A stretch of 64,000 nucleotides of DNA from Balanoglossus misakiensis (GCA_040954595.2 CM082582.2:7008063-7072062); one strand, 5' to 3'. Shown: positions 49,335-63,138, numbered from the stretch's first letter. Numbers and translations: made by a program. Notes: generated by a model from the sequence alone, not told the origin.

Positions 49335-50999
49335 TGTTCCGTTTCCCGCTTTGGTGAACATTATTGCGGAGAAAACTACGACCACGAAAGCGAAAACTTT
49401 TTTTCTCCAAGCACAATGCGTCATAGAATTGAAGTACAATTTGTATGAAAAATACGTTGTGATTTACTGGCAGAAAAGTATCCTGTCCATCAAGTTGAAT
49501 TGTTTTTACCAAATATGACAAATGTTGACTAAAAGGGAACAGTATTAGTATTTTGTTAAGCCGAATGCATGGATATTGGTGACGTTTGAGTGCCATCTTG
49601 AATTAAAATTATCAGTAATCACTTGCAGGGGTTGTTTTTATCCCAGACAACCTCCAGTGGCTTTGAAGAATCATCAATGAGACAGCATGACCAGTCAAAT
49701 GCTTGCTTAGATATCAGTTTATTGCCAAGTTATAAGGATTTCCAGGAAGAGAAAGAATTGGAGAAATCAAGAGAGAAAAGTTGGTGTTCATTAACATTCA
49801 CAAGTCCCATCGATTAATTGTCTGTTTATATTGTGGATAGACAAGTAATTCATCACCGATATTATCTCTAGGTGCCAAAACCTTCTCATCATGGGGGAGG
49901 GGGGGGGGACACCCGTCCTTCAACCACGTGCACTCCAACAAGGTTTCGTTCTCTTGTACCACAAACTGCGTTTCAAAGATTACTATCAAGCACCCGGTAA
50001 CACGCTTACCGTTTCTTTCAGACAGTTTGGTCCAAAATTTTACTTTCAATTTTTAAAGTGATGCATTATTTTCTCGCACTACTGGCTGCTATGGTGTAAG
50101 TAGAACAACGCGGCCTGGGGTTCAAAATTCCTGGACAAAGCCCCGGTATAGTCAGAGACATATGCTGCCGCATACCGCACACAAGAGGAAGGGCTGAGCA
50201 AAAGTAAATTCGAGAATCTTTGCTCGGCTATTTTCTCTCGTTGATCAGAATTTCTGCATTTCAGCTAAAATATAAATTGCAGTGCAGACACAAACAGTTT
50301 GGATAGCATACACACATGCATGCAATGGTGGTCACTCACGTCTCTGTTTTGCTAATTAATTATTAATCTCGACCTGACAATTCTGATTGGTCAGTTCCCA
50401 TCCGCACAACGAAACAGTCAGACCACAGCACGCGTGATTGGCCAATTAGGCTCCACACTCTTGCAACAGGTGTACAACGTAGACCCTCCAATTTACGTTG
50501 ACCCGGGCGTTGGCCTAATTCAAAATGCTTCTTCACAAAATTTAAATATGTATTGAAAACGCACGTACATTGCCAGACAGATTCGCACCTGGTAGGCGAA
50601 GAGTTTGAGGTCTGTTAGGGCATTGTAAATGTCGCCACCAAGCGTTGGACATTTTCGTGACGTCACCCGACTTTTTGAACTAAAGGGTGCAGTCATTTGA
50701 AGAAGTTTCCTCAATAAATTTACTGTTATGTGTGCACCATTTTTGTTGATTTTTAAAAACTTTATTATATTCAATTTGTTGGATGTTTTTCCTGGTGAAT
50801 AACATCACTCAGGACTGCCACACACAAGAAAGTTACTGAAGTAATTGCCAATCTAAAAGCTCTCTGGATGTGTATTTGCAAAAAAAACTCGAAAATTATC
50901 CTTTGCAACAACTAAAAATCAGCAGTGAAATTTTCGCTGCAATCCAACCTATTATTCTGATTATAATATTTCAAGAGATAACATGTTTTGCTATACATG

Positions 51000-51037
<38 letters not shown>

Positions 51038-53222
51038 GCAAGAACACTGGCACATAATGTATACAATGTAAAATCCACTTTAATGGAGAATGATGGACCA
51101 CAAATACTGGGGAGGGGGTAAGACAGAGATTATACACTGCAGAGGAACTAAGTAGACGAGAAAAATCATACGGTAGTTGTGTTTGTACATTTCGGATGAG
51201 TTTCTGTTGAAAGTGTCTCATACGATGGGAGAGATCTAGCTAAAGTTGAAAAGATCAAATTCACATCTAATGTCTCCGTAAAAAGGCATTTTAAAAATAT
51301 TCACAAAATGTTCTGCTTGTGTTCATCAACTGACAGAGATGCCACCCTTCAGGATCAGTCTCATCATGACCACTGAGGATGGGTGGTTCCATTGGTAAAA
51401 CAGGGGGGAGAGGTGGGGGGCCCTGGGGTGATGCAAGTCAGCTCTGGTTGAGAAAGTGTAAAATTGTGCGGGCTTTAAAATATCCTGAAAATACAATTCT
51501 AATGGAGTTAATAAGCACATTGCACTGAATGACATGAGGTACGATGCTGGCTTGGGATGAGACGAAACAAAAAACAGTGTAACCGGTTCCTGGGTGTACA
51601 AACCTCTAGAATCGTGTGCACTCTACCACAGCCTTGTTTGAAAAAATGTAAAAAGAGTCTTAATATATCAGACTGCATGGAGACCCCGAAAAACTATTTC
51701 AGAACAGCTTTGCAGAAATGTGTACTTCCTTGAAAAAAGTCACCTGTTCACATCAGAATCAGCAGCAGTCTTCTTGTAAATATGGAATAAATAAAAACAA
51801 CAAAAGAATACATTTTTCTGTCTCAGCAGAGATTTCTTGTTGGTCAATCATTCATTCCACAGCCCGCACTGTCTTGATAAACAACCAAACAACGCGATTT
51901 ACTTTTCAGTGTTCAATGCTGAAGAATTCATTCAAAAGAATGGGGAAAAACCCCATGAAAATGGCAATAATTTTCTGCGGCCGTTTTCTAAAAAATTGAC
52001 AATAATTAAGGAGTGGCAGTTGAAGAAGGGAGATCGCTGGCTATATGATATCCACTGGAGTGAAAAAATCAGCAGCAGAAAATGAATGACATACAACTAA
52101 GCACACATAAGCATGAAAATCCATCTATTATCACTAGAATCGAAGGCTGTCCATTTTTTTTGTCTAGGTGGTGTCCTGGTCAGACCTCAGTTCAACTTGC
52201 ATTTCGAAACATCTACACCAGGAAATTCCAAACAAGGACTTGTGTTCGTAACTTGAAAGCATTTTTACCAGCTAAGTTTACGACCATGGCGGTTATTACA
52301 AAATGGTGTCTTTTTTTTAAAATTCATTGTTGATTTCTTCTATTTATCAAATTTTGACTGATTGATTTTATTGTTGATCGGTCGAGCAATCGCACATTTG
52401 CATTAGATTCTTGTGCCAGGCACAGCCACTGTCACCCGGAACAGGTCTTCAGAATTTTGCAAGTCTTTCAACAAGTGGCAAAGTTATACAACATAGCCCT
52501 CACACCTGATTATTGACAGAAAATATTTACAAATCCATCACGCTTCCAGACGCTTGTAAAAGTAAATGTAAAAACGTCTCAATAATTTAAAATTAACGTG
52601 CAATGTTCGTTGGAAAAAATTGCATTAATGAGTGATATTTTATATCAAAACGATTTAAAGTATGGATTTGATCAATTTCAAACTGTGACGTTGGGATACA
52701 AATTTTGTCTTCTCACCGATTTGTCCAGTGTGTTCATTTGAACATACCTACAAAAAGGACATGTTGGAACAGTCCTATTTATATAACAGGTATTTCAGGT
52801 GATTCCACTGTCAATACAGGGGAGTTTCAATGGAATACACTAGTATTAAGATGCAGAGCCCCCTCTCCAATAGAATGTACAAATGACATAATTATACTAC
52901 ACTTTGTTCGCTACTACTAAGAGCAGGAGAGATTTCTTGGTATACCATCGGCGAAGACTTTCACTACTGATGCCGAGCTACACACAAACTAAAAAGGAAA
53001 ATCGCCACCATTTCATCAATAAAATAAGGGAATTCAAATTTCTCTTTTTAAAAAATTACAGCTTTAGTCGACAGTCCTCCTGGGGGAAAAAAAGTACAAA
53101 TTGACGTATTTAAAATCTCTGGTTTTTAAATGTCTCTCACGGTCTCTCGCAGTTTTGTTTACACCAAAAAATGGCAATTGCGCTCCCATGTCTATGTAAA
53201 TAAGACTGGGAGTACGCCAACA

Positions 53223-56200
53223 TTAAAATTCATAGGTCTCGTCAGCCATGTCGATGGCCCACTGAAATTTATCGCGCTGGGTGCGGTTGTAGACTTTCTC
53301 CATGGGAACGTCCCATTTTTTACACCTACAAGAGAGACAGACAAGCATTAGAATGAATCACTGACATTGTCACACATTCTTTTTTCTTTAACCATTTCAC
53401 CCCCAGTTCCCTTTATACAGGTCCAAACTTTACCATAGAAAATATTGGATTTGGACCAAACCATGGTGGTTAGAGGGTTAAACGAGGGGGTGCTGAGGGA
53501 CAAAGGAACTCACCAAGCCACCGATATCCTGGGATCCAAGTAATTCAATTTGGAAGTGCCGAGGGCAATCTCCTTGTTTTCCTCCTTGTCGGTTGCCTGC
53601 ACTTCCAGCTTCATCAGCTGTTCCTCCAGTCGTTCCAACTGTTTCTTTTTACGCTCCAGAGCCCTGCGGAAGGGATAGGACACCGGCCATCAGCGGCTGG
53701 GGTTCACAATGTGTGTAAAGATCGCACGGTTGAGGGTGACGAACACTGCCACCTGGTGGCCATTGTTTGAATCTTAAAATCCCTTACCCTATTTACATCC
53801 AAAGTTCACGGCAATGTACACCCCTCCCCCTCCCCAAAGCACAATCATACTGCTGGATAGACAGACACTGTATGACGAATGTAGCTGAACTTGAATTGAA
53901 TGTCACCAAGCATTATGACACCTGACAAATTGACTTGTCACGCGCAATTGCAAGCTTGGTAGTGTTTCTCTCTCCACATCTGGATTGCCAAAGGATCTAC
54001 GGGTAATTCAAATCCCTGGTCAGTGCAGTGGAATTAACTCTAAGTACTACCACCGTACTACTACTAATTAACGATGATTCTTACGATTTCATCCGGTCGT
54101 CCCGACTGGTCTTGTAATCGCTCTTCAGTCTCTTGTACTCCTTCTTGACGTCCTTGATGGAGCCGTGCTTCTTCTCGATCTTCTCCTGCAAGTTGCTCAT
54201 CTGCTTGTCGAACGTCTTGGGCGCGGCACGCTGATGGTTACACAGGATAGCCACCGCTCGGTTGGCACGGTTGTAGGCCAGGATCTTAGCCGGAATGGAG
54301 TCCTCAGCTGGGGGAGGGGGGGGGGGGGGGGGAATAAATGGAACCAAAATATTTAATTTTGGAAACAAATTTGACATCTGTGAAGTTTATGCCAATCACC
54401 AGTAGTTAACAGTGGCGCTGTTTGAGGTGAGAGATTTTAAAGTTAGAATATGATTTCAAGGCGACGACGAAATTGAGCCGACATCAACAGAAAGGGTGTA
54501 AAAATGAATAGTTTTCTCTACAGCAGATTCAATAACTTCCTGGGTGAAAGAAAGCGCACGAGACTTGAGTGTGAAATAGTAACTGTGCTTACGTTCGGTC
54601 AGTTCATTCAGCTGTTCTTGTAGCGTCTTGGAGGCGTTGAATGTACGGAACACTTTGGCAGTTAGTCCGTCCATCAGTTCTTGAAGGTGCTTATTGAGAA
54701 TGGACGTGTTGAGTCGGTCGAACAGATCGTCGCCGGGCTGTTTGTTTTCCATGAACAGTTGCAGGTTCTTAAACACCTACCAACGACAAAAAAATAACAC
54801 CTCAGTTTTGCTTCAATGACTACACAGACACTACTACAACTGAACTTGACTGTCACCAAGCATTATGACACCTGACAAACTGACATTTCGTCACATGCAA
54901 TTGCAAGCTTGGTAAGTGTTTCTCTCTCCACATGTGGATTGCCAAAGGATCTACGGTTAATTCAAAATCCCTGGTCAGTGCAGTGGATTAATGTCAGCAA
55001 CGACATTTATAAACACACAAAAAAGTACTAAAAGGAAGCTGAATTTCACACAAAATGTGGTGCAACATTTTCATAAGACATGTTTGTTAGAGGCACTTGT
55101 TCCATAAGCTCATAAAACCTGTTCTTAAAAACCTACCCTCTTCTCAACAGGTACATGGTTGACGTATCGGATGGAATCTTTACCCAGGAAGTCAAAGCCA
55201 ACCACAAACTCCTTGCCCTGATACTCTGGGTGGAGGCTGATGTGCTCCACTCGCAACGAACAACAACCGACAGTGTCCGCAGTCTCGCCTTCCTCCTTCT
55301 CGTTTCCAGCTCTCAGGGCGAGCTGAAAGGTTAAAAATAAAAAAACAGCAAGGGGTCAGGTCATTGTGCTATTCCAATCTCTTATCCAGGCCACAAAATG
55401 AATCTGTGAAGACACAACCCGATAGGCTGATTAGCCTACTACACATCAATCGGCACCAGACCCCCTCTTTCCTTGCAAGTGTCAGAACTATCCCACATAA
55501 TCCGTGACCACCTCCCTCTTCCGACTTACCTTGTCGATGAAGTACAATGCCACGGCCCTCTGTCTTATCCTCATCTCCTTGCTCCTCCAGTCATCCTTGT
55601 AATTTTCCCTGATCTTGTCGACGATTGATTTCAGTTTCCTGGCCGTCTCGTACTTCTGCCAGTCCTTCTCGCCCTGAGATAAATTGATGATCAAACAAAC
55701 CAATATCAACGATCGCCAAACAAACAAAGCCAGAAGTCACGGAAAGGTGAAAATCAAAATCATAATTCACTTAAGTAGCCGACACCCAGACGCATCTAAA
55801 TTCCAAAGCAGAAACCATGTGCACTGCTGCAGCTCAACTTGACAACTGTGGAAAAATCATTTTTTGGGACTTCAGAACTTCCAGGCAGTGAATGGTCACC
55901 GAGACACAATCTTACCTTGAGCCTGGAGTTGGCGTTCAGCATGACATACTTGATGGCTCCCTGAATGTTCTCCGACCACGATGCCAGCCACGTGACTTTG
56001 TTTTCGTGTATAACCTCCTTCCACTTGTGTCCCTTGGGTGGTGAAGGTGCAACACCATCCCTGGAGGAAGAAAGGGTTGGAACATTGAGTTTGCTTGGAA
56101 CAAGTTACATGTGGGTGTTGAAATACACCCCCTTTTTGCTACTGTTTTACTGTATGCTTCATTTGGGTGCAGACAAACCACAGAATTACCACTCACTTTC

Positions 56201-59200
56201 CAATATTGATGGTCACGTCCTCCGGCACGATTCTCTTCTTCAGCATCCCCTGTTTGGGATGATCGCCACGCCCGCGGAACAGGCCGGGCGGTTCAATCTT
56301 GAAGTTGCCGATCTTCTGCTTGTGGCCGTCGATGATGCAGAATCCGTATTCGCTCACGATCTCTTCGTTCTTCTTCTTGATCGCCTCCTTCTCCGCTTTC
56401 GACATGTTCTTCCTCTCCTCCGACTTCAGTTGGTAGTAGGCGTGGATTTCCCGGAAATCGCACTTTTTCAGGTCTGAAATAGTGGCTTTCTCCTCGTGTG
56501 TCATTTCCTGATGAGACAGAAAAACGAAGACATGCCATAGATATTAGTTCCACATGGCTCACTCCCCTTATACATCTACTAGTTTGGCTTACAACGACAC
56601 TACAACTGAAATTCTGCGTGAATGATAATTGCGAAATTGCAATCACGTACTTTCCTCCAATCTTTGAAGAAGTTCTTGTTGAATACAGTCTTGGTTGTGT
56701 AGTCGTGGTCCAACATTCTTGCATAGAAACCGGCGACTTCCTCTGCTGGTTGGTTCAGCTTCATTTCTTTGCCTGCGAACATAGGGTAGAAATCATGTCA
56801 TTCAAAGTTCAAAGTTCATTGGCATCGGCAAGGACATTGGATCGTATCAAAATTTCATAATCCACCTGCTGCCCCCCCCCCCCCTGCCATGAATGGACCG
56901 CTCCAGCATTTCTTTCCAGTCTACTCACCATCATAGTAGAATTTCACATCATCAGGCAAGGGTTCATAGTCGGGTGCAAACACGGGCCCTTTGTGTGTCA
57001 GGGTCATCCACTTGACCCCCTCCGGATGAGGCGTTTCCTCCCACCTGAAGGCGGAAAAAAACAGTAATTCTTATTATATCACTAACCACTACCTCGCATG
57101 CATTCAGGGTAACCATCAGACACAAAGGCGACCAAAACAAAGAGTGATACAACTGAAAAGTTTAAAACTGACCATTTCCAGACGTCCTCTACGTCTTTCT
57201 CCTTCTTTGCTTTCTTCTTCGGAGGTTCTTCCTTGACGCTTCCTTTCTTGGACTTGTCCTTTTTCTTCTTTTTCTAACACAAGAGAAAACAAACCATCAT
57301 TAAAATTTTTACAGGGAAAACAAAAACAGCATTTTAACCCTTTCACCCCCAGTTCCCTCTCTATAGACGTCCAACTCCACCACAGAAAACAATGGATTTG
57401 GACTGGACCATTGTGTCGAAAGGGTTAACACACATGAATGTGGTAGACCAACTTGACACTTGCTCATGATCCCCATCTTCAGAATTTCATAGAGGAAAAC
57501 TTCCACCTTATCAAACACAATATGGTTGTAAAAGAATAATATCACAGACGAGAAAAAGTACGCAAGCCATACCACATCATAATCATCATCAGATGCTTTT
57601 CGTTTCTTCGACTCTTTCTTGACAGGCGCTTCTGTTTTCTGTTTCTTGATCTTTTGAGCTCTGAAAATAATAAACAAACATATAGTATTCTTAAGCTTTA
57701 ATCCAGGAAAGGGAAAAACAGTTTCTCAATGCTCACTGTAATTGCACAAAAAAAGTCACCAGGGAAGTATAACCGTGATTACCTCATGGCTAGTGATTCA
57801 TCATCTTCAGATCCGCTCTCGTGCGCTCGTTTTTCTCGCTTGACATTAACATCAGCAATAGCCAACTTTGCTCGACTGGCCTGAAAATGATTGAAACACG
57901 AAGCGTATTGTCAGAATTGGGTCGCCCAGTTGTCATGGAGAAAAAACAGTGGAAATTCAGGAGCAGTATATAATCATTTTAAAAGTAATTTCATTGTGGG
58001 TGGTAGGTAGTTTAACTGACAGGTTAAGGGAGCTTTAATGGGCACGCATGTCACATGCACTCTCGAGAAACCAATGTGAAAACTCACCAATGGAACATCA
58101 TCGTCACTGTCAGCCTCCTCTCTTTTGATTTGTGGTCTGTTGTGAAAAAACAAAGCGTGACTACTTTTTAATGGACTGAGAAAATGACATAAGAAAATCA
58201 GAGTTGATTGGAACTTGACAAACAAACAACAAAGCACAACATATACACTGACACAGTGATCAAATTGAGAAGATGTTAAGATACTGTGGTCAATGGACAT
58301 GATATAGCACACCTCTGAACTGGCAATGCAAGGTCAGATGAACTTGTGAGAAAGTGTCTGAATGTCGAGACATCATCGTCTCGGCTCCTGGCCTAGACGA
58401 TCTTACCTGTCCAGCTTCTCCGTCTTAATGACCAACTTCGTCGGTGACATGGACTCCGATTTCACCTTCACGTCGCCAGAGCCCGACTTGTGTCTGTCCG
58501 ACGACTTCTTGTGGTCTTTGTGCGACACTTTGGGTTTGTCCGACGACTTGGAGGCGTCTTTGGACGAGGGCTTCGAGCCGCCGCCGCTACTACTACTGTC
58601 TTTTGATTTGCTTGCACCTGAGGAATGTTCTTTGGGTCTAGACGAATTGCTAGACTTGCTGGAATGCTCTTTCGACTTCGAGCTGCTGCTCGACTTGGAA
58701 CTGCTTCCCTCTTTGGGCTTCGCGCTCGACGACCCGTCCTTCGGTTTGGAGCTGGAGCCTTCCCTGTGTTTGCCGGGACTGTCTTTGTGTTTGCTGCCGG
58801 ACGACCCCTCTTTGGGCTTCCCCGACGACCCACCCCTGGGTGTCAGGGAGCCGCCCTCCTTAGCTTTGCCGCTGCTCGAATGTCTGGAGGGATCTTTCGG
58901 CTTACCGCTCGAGTCTTTAGACCGGGGCGAGTTATGCTCTTTGGGTTTGGCGTTGGGGTCTTTGGGTTTGCTGTGGTGATCCCTGGGCTTGTCCGAGTGG
59001 TGCCCAGACGAGGAGTGACTCGATTTGTGTTTATTCGGGTGGCCGTTCTGGCTGCTGGACACCTTGGCAGGCTTCGGCGACGTGGAACCAGACTTGCTGG
59101 ATTTAACGGGAGACGATCTGGATTGCTTTGGTGAGCTCATGGCATGTTTGTAGTTTTCCAAGCTGGAGTTCACTGGGATATGGTTCTGGTAGGCAAATCC

Positions 59201-61490
59201 ATCACCTACAATAAAAAAGGACAAACTTCAGTTGTACACACGCAGGAAAACGAGATTGAAAATATATTTACTTTCGAGCAGTGTTCTCCAAACTTAATAC
59301 CCAATCTTGAACAGGGACAAGTGAAGGTCGGAAATGTTTACACGTTTTAATTCCTTTTGTGTGATTTGCCCAGTTCCTTCATAACACCAAAAAAGATGTC
59401 ATAACAACCTCCCACGCTCTCACAATTTTACAAAATTACTTTCATGCCAATTCTCATGTAAATCACTTTGTTCACCTACTTCCTGGTTTATTTGGCTCCC
59501 AAAACGCTCACAGTCAGCGGTAAAAATAACATGAGGTACCTGGCAGTGTCGGGTTACTGGAACCATACAATTATTTATTTTTGCCTTATCAGTACGCAGA
59601 ACATTAAAATCAAATCAAAAGACGTGTACAATTAGTACTGTAGTCTGGGGCGAGCTGATTGGAGCGTTAAGGGTGAAAGGTCAATGCCTGCATTTGTGTG
59701 GATACAACATTGTTAATATTAATGAGGTTACTGACACTTTACCAGCTGATGACTCAATAGAAGTGTCATGTCCTTACTGACATATGTACATAACAATACA
59801 TACCAGTGATTTATAACATTGGTTTGGGCAGAATCACAAGGCATTCTTCCAAAAAAAGAAAGTAGTTTTTTTAAGGTTTTTGTGAAGTTTTTTTAACCAG
59901 AAACAATAGCATATCTGTGATACCATGTACGGTGCCTGATTTCAATGAATCAAAACTAATTCTTACATGATATACTAAATTTGTCAATTTCCTCGTATTT
60001 GGTTCACTGCGCATAGATTTACCGGGAAGTTAATACGAGGGGATCTCGGTTGTGACGGAATGACCGTGCCCTTTTGCCTCGTATGCAACCAGGCAATATG
60101 ATAAACATTGAGCTGTACTGGTGTCTGCTCATTTGGAAATGCCATTGAGTCTGCGCAATGTAGATGACCTTCACATGTAACTTATAATCACAAGATTTCA
60201 AGGTGACATTAATAACGGCAAACAGTGTCGGTTTTGCAGAGAAATTATGAAACATTTTTCCACTGAATTGTTTTCTGTTTTGATTGCAATTATGACAGCT
60301 GTTAACTGCTTCCAATTTAAGAAAAAAATATTTCATTCATTTGATTGACACTACCATGTATTTGTTCCTTCCTTCCTACCGACTGACCACATTTTACAGG
60401 TGAAAATTATAATAATGTGAACTATCTTGACTGTTGTCAATGTCATTAACAAAATCAGAGTTATTTTATGAAATACACATATTCCAAACTGTGTACACAC
60501 GCCAAGTTCACACTAAAGCATTTAATTTCATTCATTCATTCAGAATAGGCTTTCTGTCAGTTTCATTGTTATTAACCTTTTAGTTTCATTCTTTCAAATA
60601 ATTTTAATTCATATCTGATTTCACTTGTTCACCTTTTGAACATATAGCGGTCAGGCAAGTGCAGAAAACTTAGCTAAGAAAAGTGGAGTATTTAAATACC
60701 GATGCCGTCACCACCAGACGTGCCGTTTTCGAACAAAGGCGATCGACTCAAAATCAAGATTTTCAGCTGTTTTGGTCAACTTTTTTATGGCGGTATGGCT
60801 TCCCGAACTCGCTACTGTGAAAATGGTTTCACATAAGCTGTCAACAATACACGTACGCGCGCCTGAAATTTACACAAATGAATGAAATGAACACTTGATA
60901 TATACAAGGCCACAAGCCCGGCTATTAGCACCGATCGACCATGCGCAAAGCTTACAGAGAGACACACCACACACCGTACCGGCACGGCGGGCCCTTCTGC
61001 TGGATTGCGGCTGTTCCAGCTAGCTACACCACCACCACCACCACCACCACGACGCGTACAGACAATGGAGAAATGTGAACACTTCATAATGTACTGCCAA
61101 TGCAATGCGTTTAAATGTGGCTACCTACCCGACCCGGCATTTCCAGAAATCTCGGCCATGGAAACCTGAAATTTCAGAAAATTTCCTCAGTTAGCTCGAG
61201 AGGGATCACTACTATCACGCTGGCAGTTAACAGGGATACGGCATCAAGTTGGAAGAATAAAATCTGCCCTCAAATACGGCCATTTTCACGTCCAGACAGA
61301 GACATGTCTTTTTTTCTGCGCTGGAGACTAAGTCAGAAAATTTTCAACCCGATTTACACTACAAAATCAGATACGTCAGCGCACTCTTCCGCGCCGAAAT
61401 TTACAGAAAACGTTTCTTTTTCTCGGCAGATTCCGACAAAATACTTACTTCGTTAGATTTGTGAGTCAGATCGCCACTAGCGCCGTTCAT
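53223..61490 (-). CDS. TOP1: DNA topoisomerase I (type IB), 17 coding exons, ~965 aa
   Basis: Exons 61490-61449, 61165-61129, 59205-58407, 58136-58088, 57880-57783, 57660-57573, 57273-57173, 57044-56929, 56772-56651, 56507-56197, 56060-55916, 55673-55530, 55322-55137, 54776-54593, 54307-54085, 53663-53514, 53325-53223. Total 2898 nt, phases consistent. Motifs [50 protein letters not shown] and catalytic SKLNYLDPR. The two small 5' exons are less certain. Confidence 0.97.
53388..53481. mobile_element. Short TTAA-flanked MITE-like element (piggyBac-type ends), degenerate
   Basis: TTAA-CCATTTCACCCCCAG...GAGGG-TTAA; homologous to 57334-57428. Confidence 0.55.
53898..54033 (-). ncRNA. Putative intronic box H/ACA snoRNA, copy A
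   Basis: On the TOP1 sense strand: hairpin (TCCAC..GTGGA), H box AGAGAA, hairpin (CCAAGC..GCTTGG), then ACA 3 nt from the end. About 136 nt; duplicated in another intron. Confidence 0.75.
54848..54988 (-). ncRNA. Putative intronic box H/ACA snoRNA, copy B
   Basis: Paralogue of 53898-54033. Differences fall mostly in upper stems and loops; boxes and pockets are conserved. Confidence 0.75.
57334..57428. mobile_element. Short TTAA-flanked MITE-like element (piggyBac-type ends)
   Basis: TTAA-CCCTTTC ... GAAAGGG-TTAA terminal inverted repeat with TTAA duplication. Confidence 0.65.
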
Positions 61491-61760
61491 TTTTCGAAAA
61501 GTGTAGCCTCGTCGACAATATGGCACGCTATGGCGGCTGAGGGGAAAAGCCGTGAAAAAGACAAAGTCGTAAATTTAATATCTGCGCGTGCGCAAGCAGA
61601 GGTCCCGGATGCAAAACCTTCACGCGATTTGCTGACTCGACTCCCACGAAATCTTGTGTCACGCGTCGAGACACGTCAGGGGTGGGTTTTGACGTCAAAC
61701 GTGTCATGGGGGTCTTTTTTAAGTGACAGAAAAGGGAAGAAGCGCAGACTGACGTAATCT
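61491..61760 (-). promoter_or_regulatory. TOP1 proximal promoter, CpG-rich, with NRF-1-type and CRE motifs
   Basis: TGCGCACGCGCA (minus strand, 61583-61594) matches YGCGCAYGCGCR; palindromic TGACGTCA at 61690-61697. Lies just upstream of the TOP1 ATG. Confidence 0.55.
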
Positions 61761-62793
61761 ATTTTCAGAAATGAGTCAATTTTCGGGAACGTGCCCCCAT
61801 TTCGAAATGTAAAGTGACCAAAAAAGTTCTAAACATTTGTAATTACATGAAAATGTGTTATAATTATTACATAGTAAAATGTGCAAAACTTTTCTGACTT
61901 TTTATTCTTGTGACACTACAGTATTAACTTAATCATTTTTTTGCAACATTAAAATTTGTGTCTGTTACTTTTTCCAATAAGGCTCAATGATTACATTAAA
62001 GTTATTTATTATATTAAAGTGTCCCATTAAAGGTACAAAAGACCAGTAAAACACTTTATCAAAGACGCATGATAACATTTGACATGGAAAGCTGTGTTTA
62101 TTTCCTCCCAAAAATGATAATATAAACAAGGTGTTGATTCTTAAAAATTCAGCTCAACACTTCTTCATCATACATGGAATGCATATATGGGTAAACTTTC
62201 TTAAACAATAAGCACACTGATAATGCAACTACATGTATACTAAAAAATTCTCAAATCTTCATCTATTAGACTATGCCACAGTCCAACTAAACTCTGATGT
62301 GTGAAACTCCAATAAAATGTATTCTGGGATAACATGTTTTAGGCCGTGGCTTTTGCTGGGTAGAGTACTGGTATATTCACACACTAATACTATGGGAAGC
62401 CATTCAACTTGACTCATGTGTACCTGATTATCAGCCGACATTTAATCATTCCAGTTACAAGTTTTTCAACATTGTATGCATCAATATCTTTACCATAAAC
62501 ATCTACACAACTCTTTTAGTATCTTGATTTTTCATTAAAGAGAAAACCATTTCTTTCTAATGTGTCTCTGCTGGAAAAAACAAACAATATATTTGAAGGG
62601 TTGGAAAAATTCATATACATGTGAACAATTTCACAACACGTCGGCACTATCACTTTATGACAGTCAGTCAAGGGAAGCAATGACATGCACCAGACACATC
62701 TTCAAAATGACTCTATGGTCTATATGGCATCTGACACAATCTTAGTAGATGTACAAATCTTAAATTCAGAGGGCAGTGTTCTGTCTCAGCTGA

Positions 62794-63138
62794 CTACTCG
62801 TCTTCCCGTGATTTCTTCTTCGGACTGGGTTCGTCGTCCGACGATGCGTTTCCCCGCGCCGCTTCCGGCGAATGATCGCGCTTCTTTTTCTTCTTCTTCT
62901 TTGGACTTTCCGACGAGTCCCTGTCTTTGTCTTTTTCCTTCTCCCTTCTGCTTTCTTTTTCCTCGTCTTCTTCTCTATCGTCTCTAGACTTTCCCTTCTC
63001 CACTTCCTTTTCCTTGGTGTGTTCCTTCTCCTTTTCTCGCTTCTCGCCATCTTTGTCTCTGGTCTTCTCTTTTTCCTTTTGAAAGCAGAATATGACGTAC
63101 ATGCTGTTGGCTTCCCACTCAGTCTTTGTCAGTGTGCC
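62794..63138 (-). CDS. RNMT: Last coding exon of mRNA cap guanine-N7 methyltransferase-like gene (upstream exons not found in window)
   Basis: After acceptor tttcag: GTLTKTEWEANSMYVIFCFQK, resembling the RNMT C-terminal motif [21 protein letters not shown] as recalled, followed by a K/E/R-rich tail and TAG. Confidence 0.75.
   Translation of the reverse strand, partial: GTLTKTEWEANSMYVIFCFQKEKEKTRDKDGEKREKEKEHTKEKEVEKGKSRDDREEDEEKESRREKEKDKDRDSSESPKKKKKKKRDHSPEAARGNASSDDEPSPKKKSREDE

Larger units (their letters stand above)
30440..52096. repeat. Three tandem segmental-duplication units (~30440-38616, ~38617-45255, ~45256-52096), each carrying one lectin gene
   Basis: Long colinear near-identity of flanks, introns and upstream regions. 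Homology to unique sequence ends at ~52096. Confidence 0.92.

Noticed and set aside
58325-58380. Possible C/D snoRNA (GATGATG..CTGA on the minus strand) in a TOP1 intron
   Set aside because: Imperfect C box, too short, and no recognisable antisense element.
58362-59134. Long plus-strand ORFs (205 aa, 169 aa) and similar ones opposite the perilipin, PTX and RNMT exons
   Set aside because: Antisense shadows of GC-rich or low-complexity coding exons.
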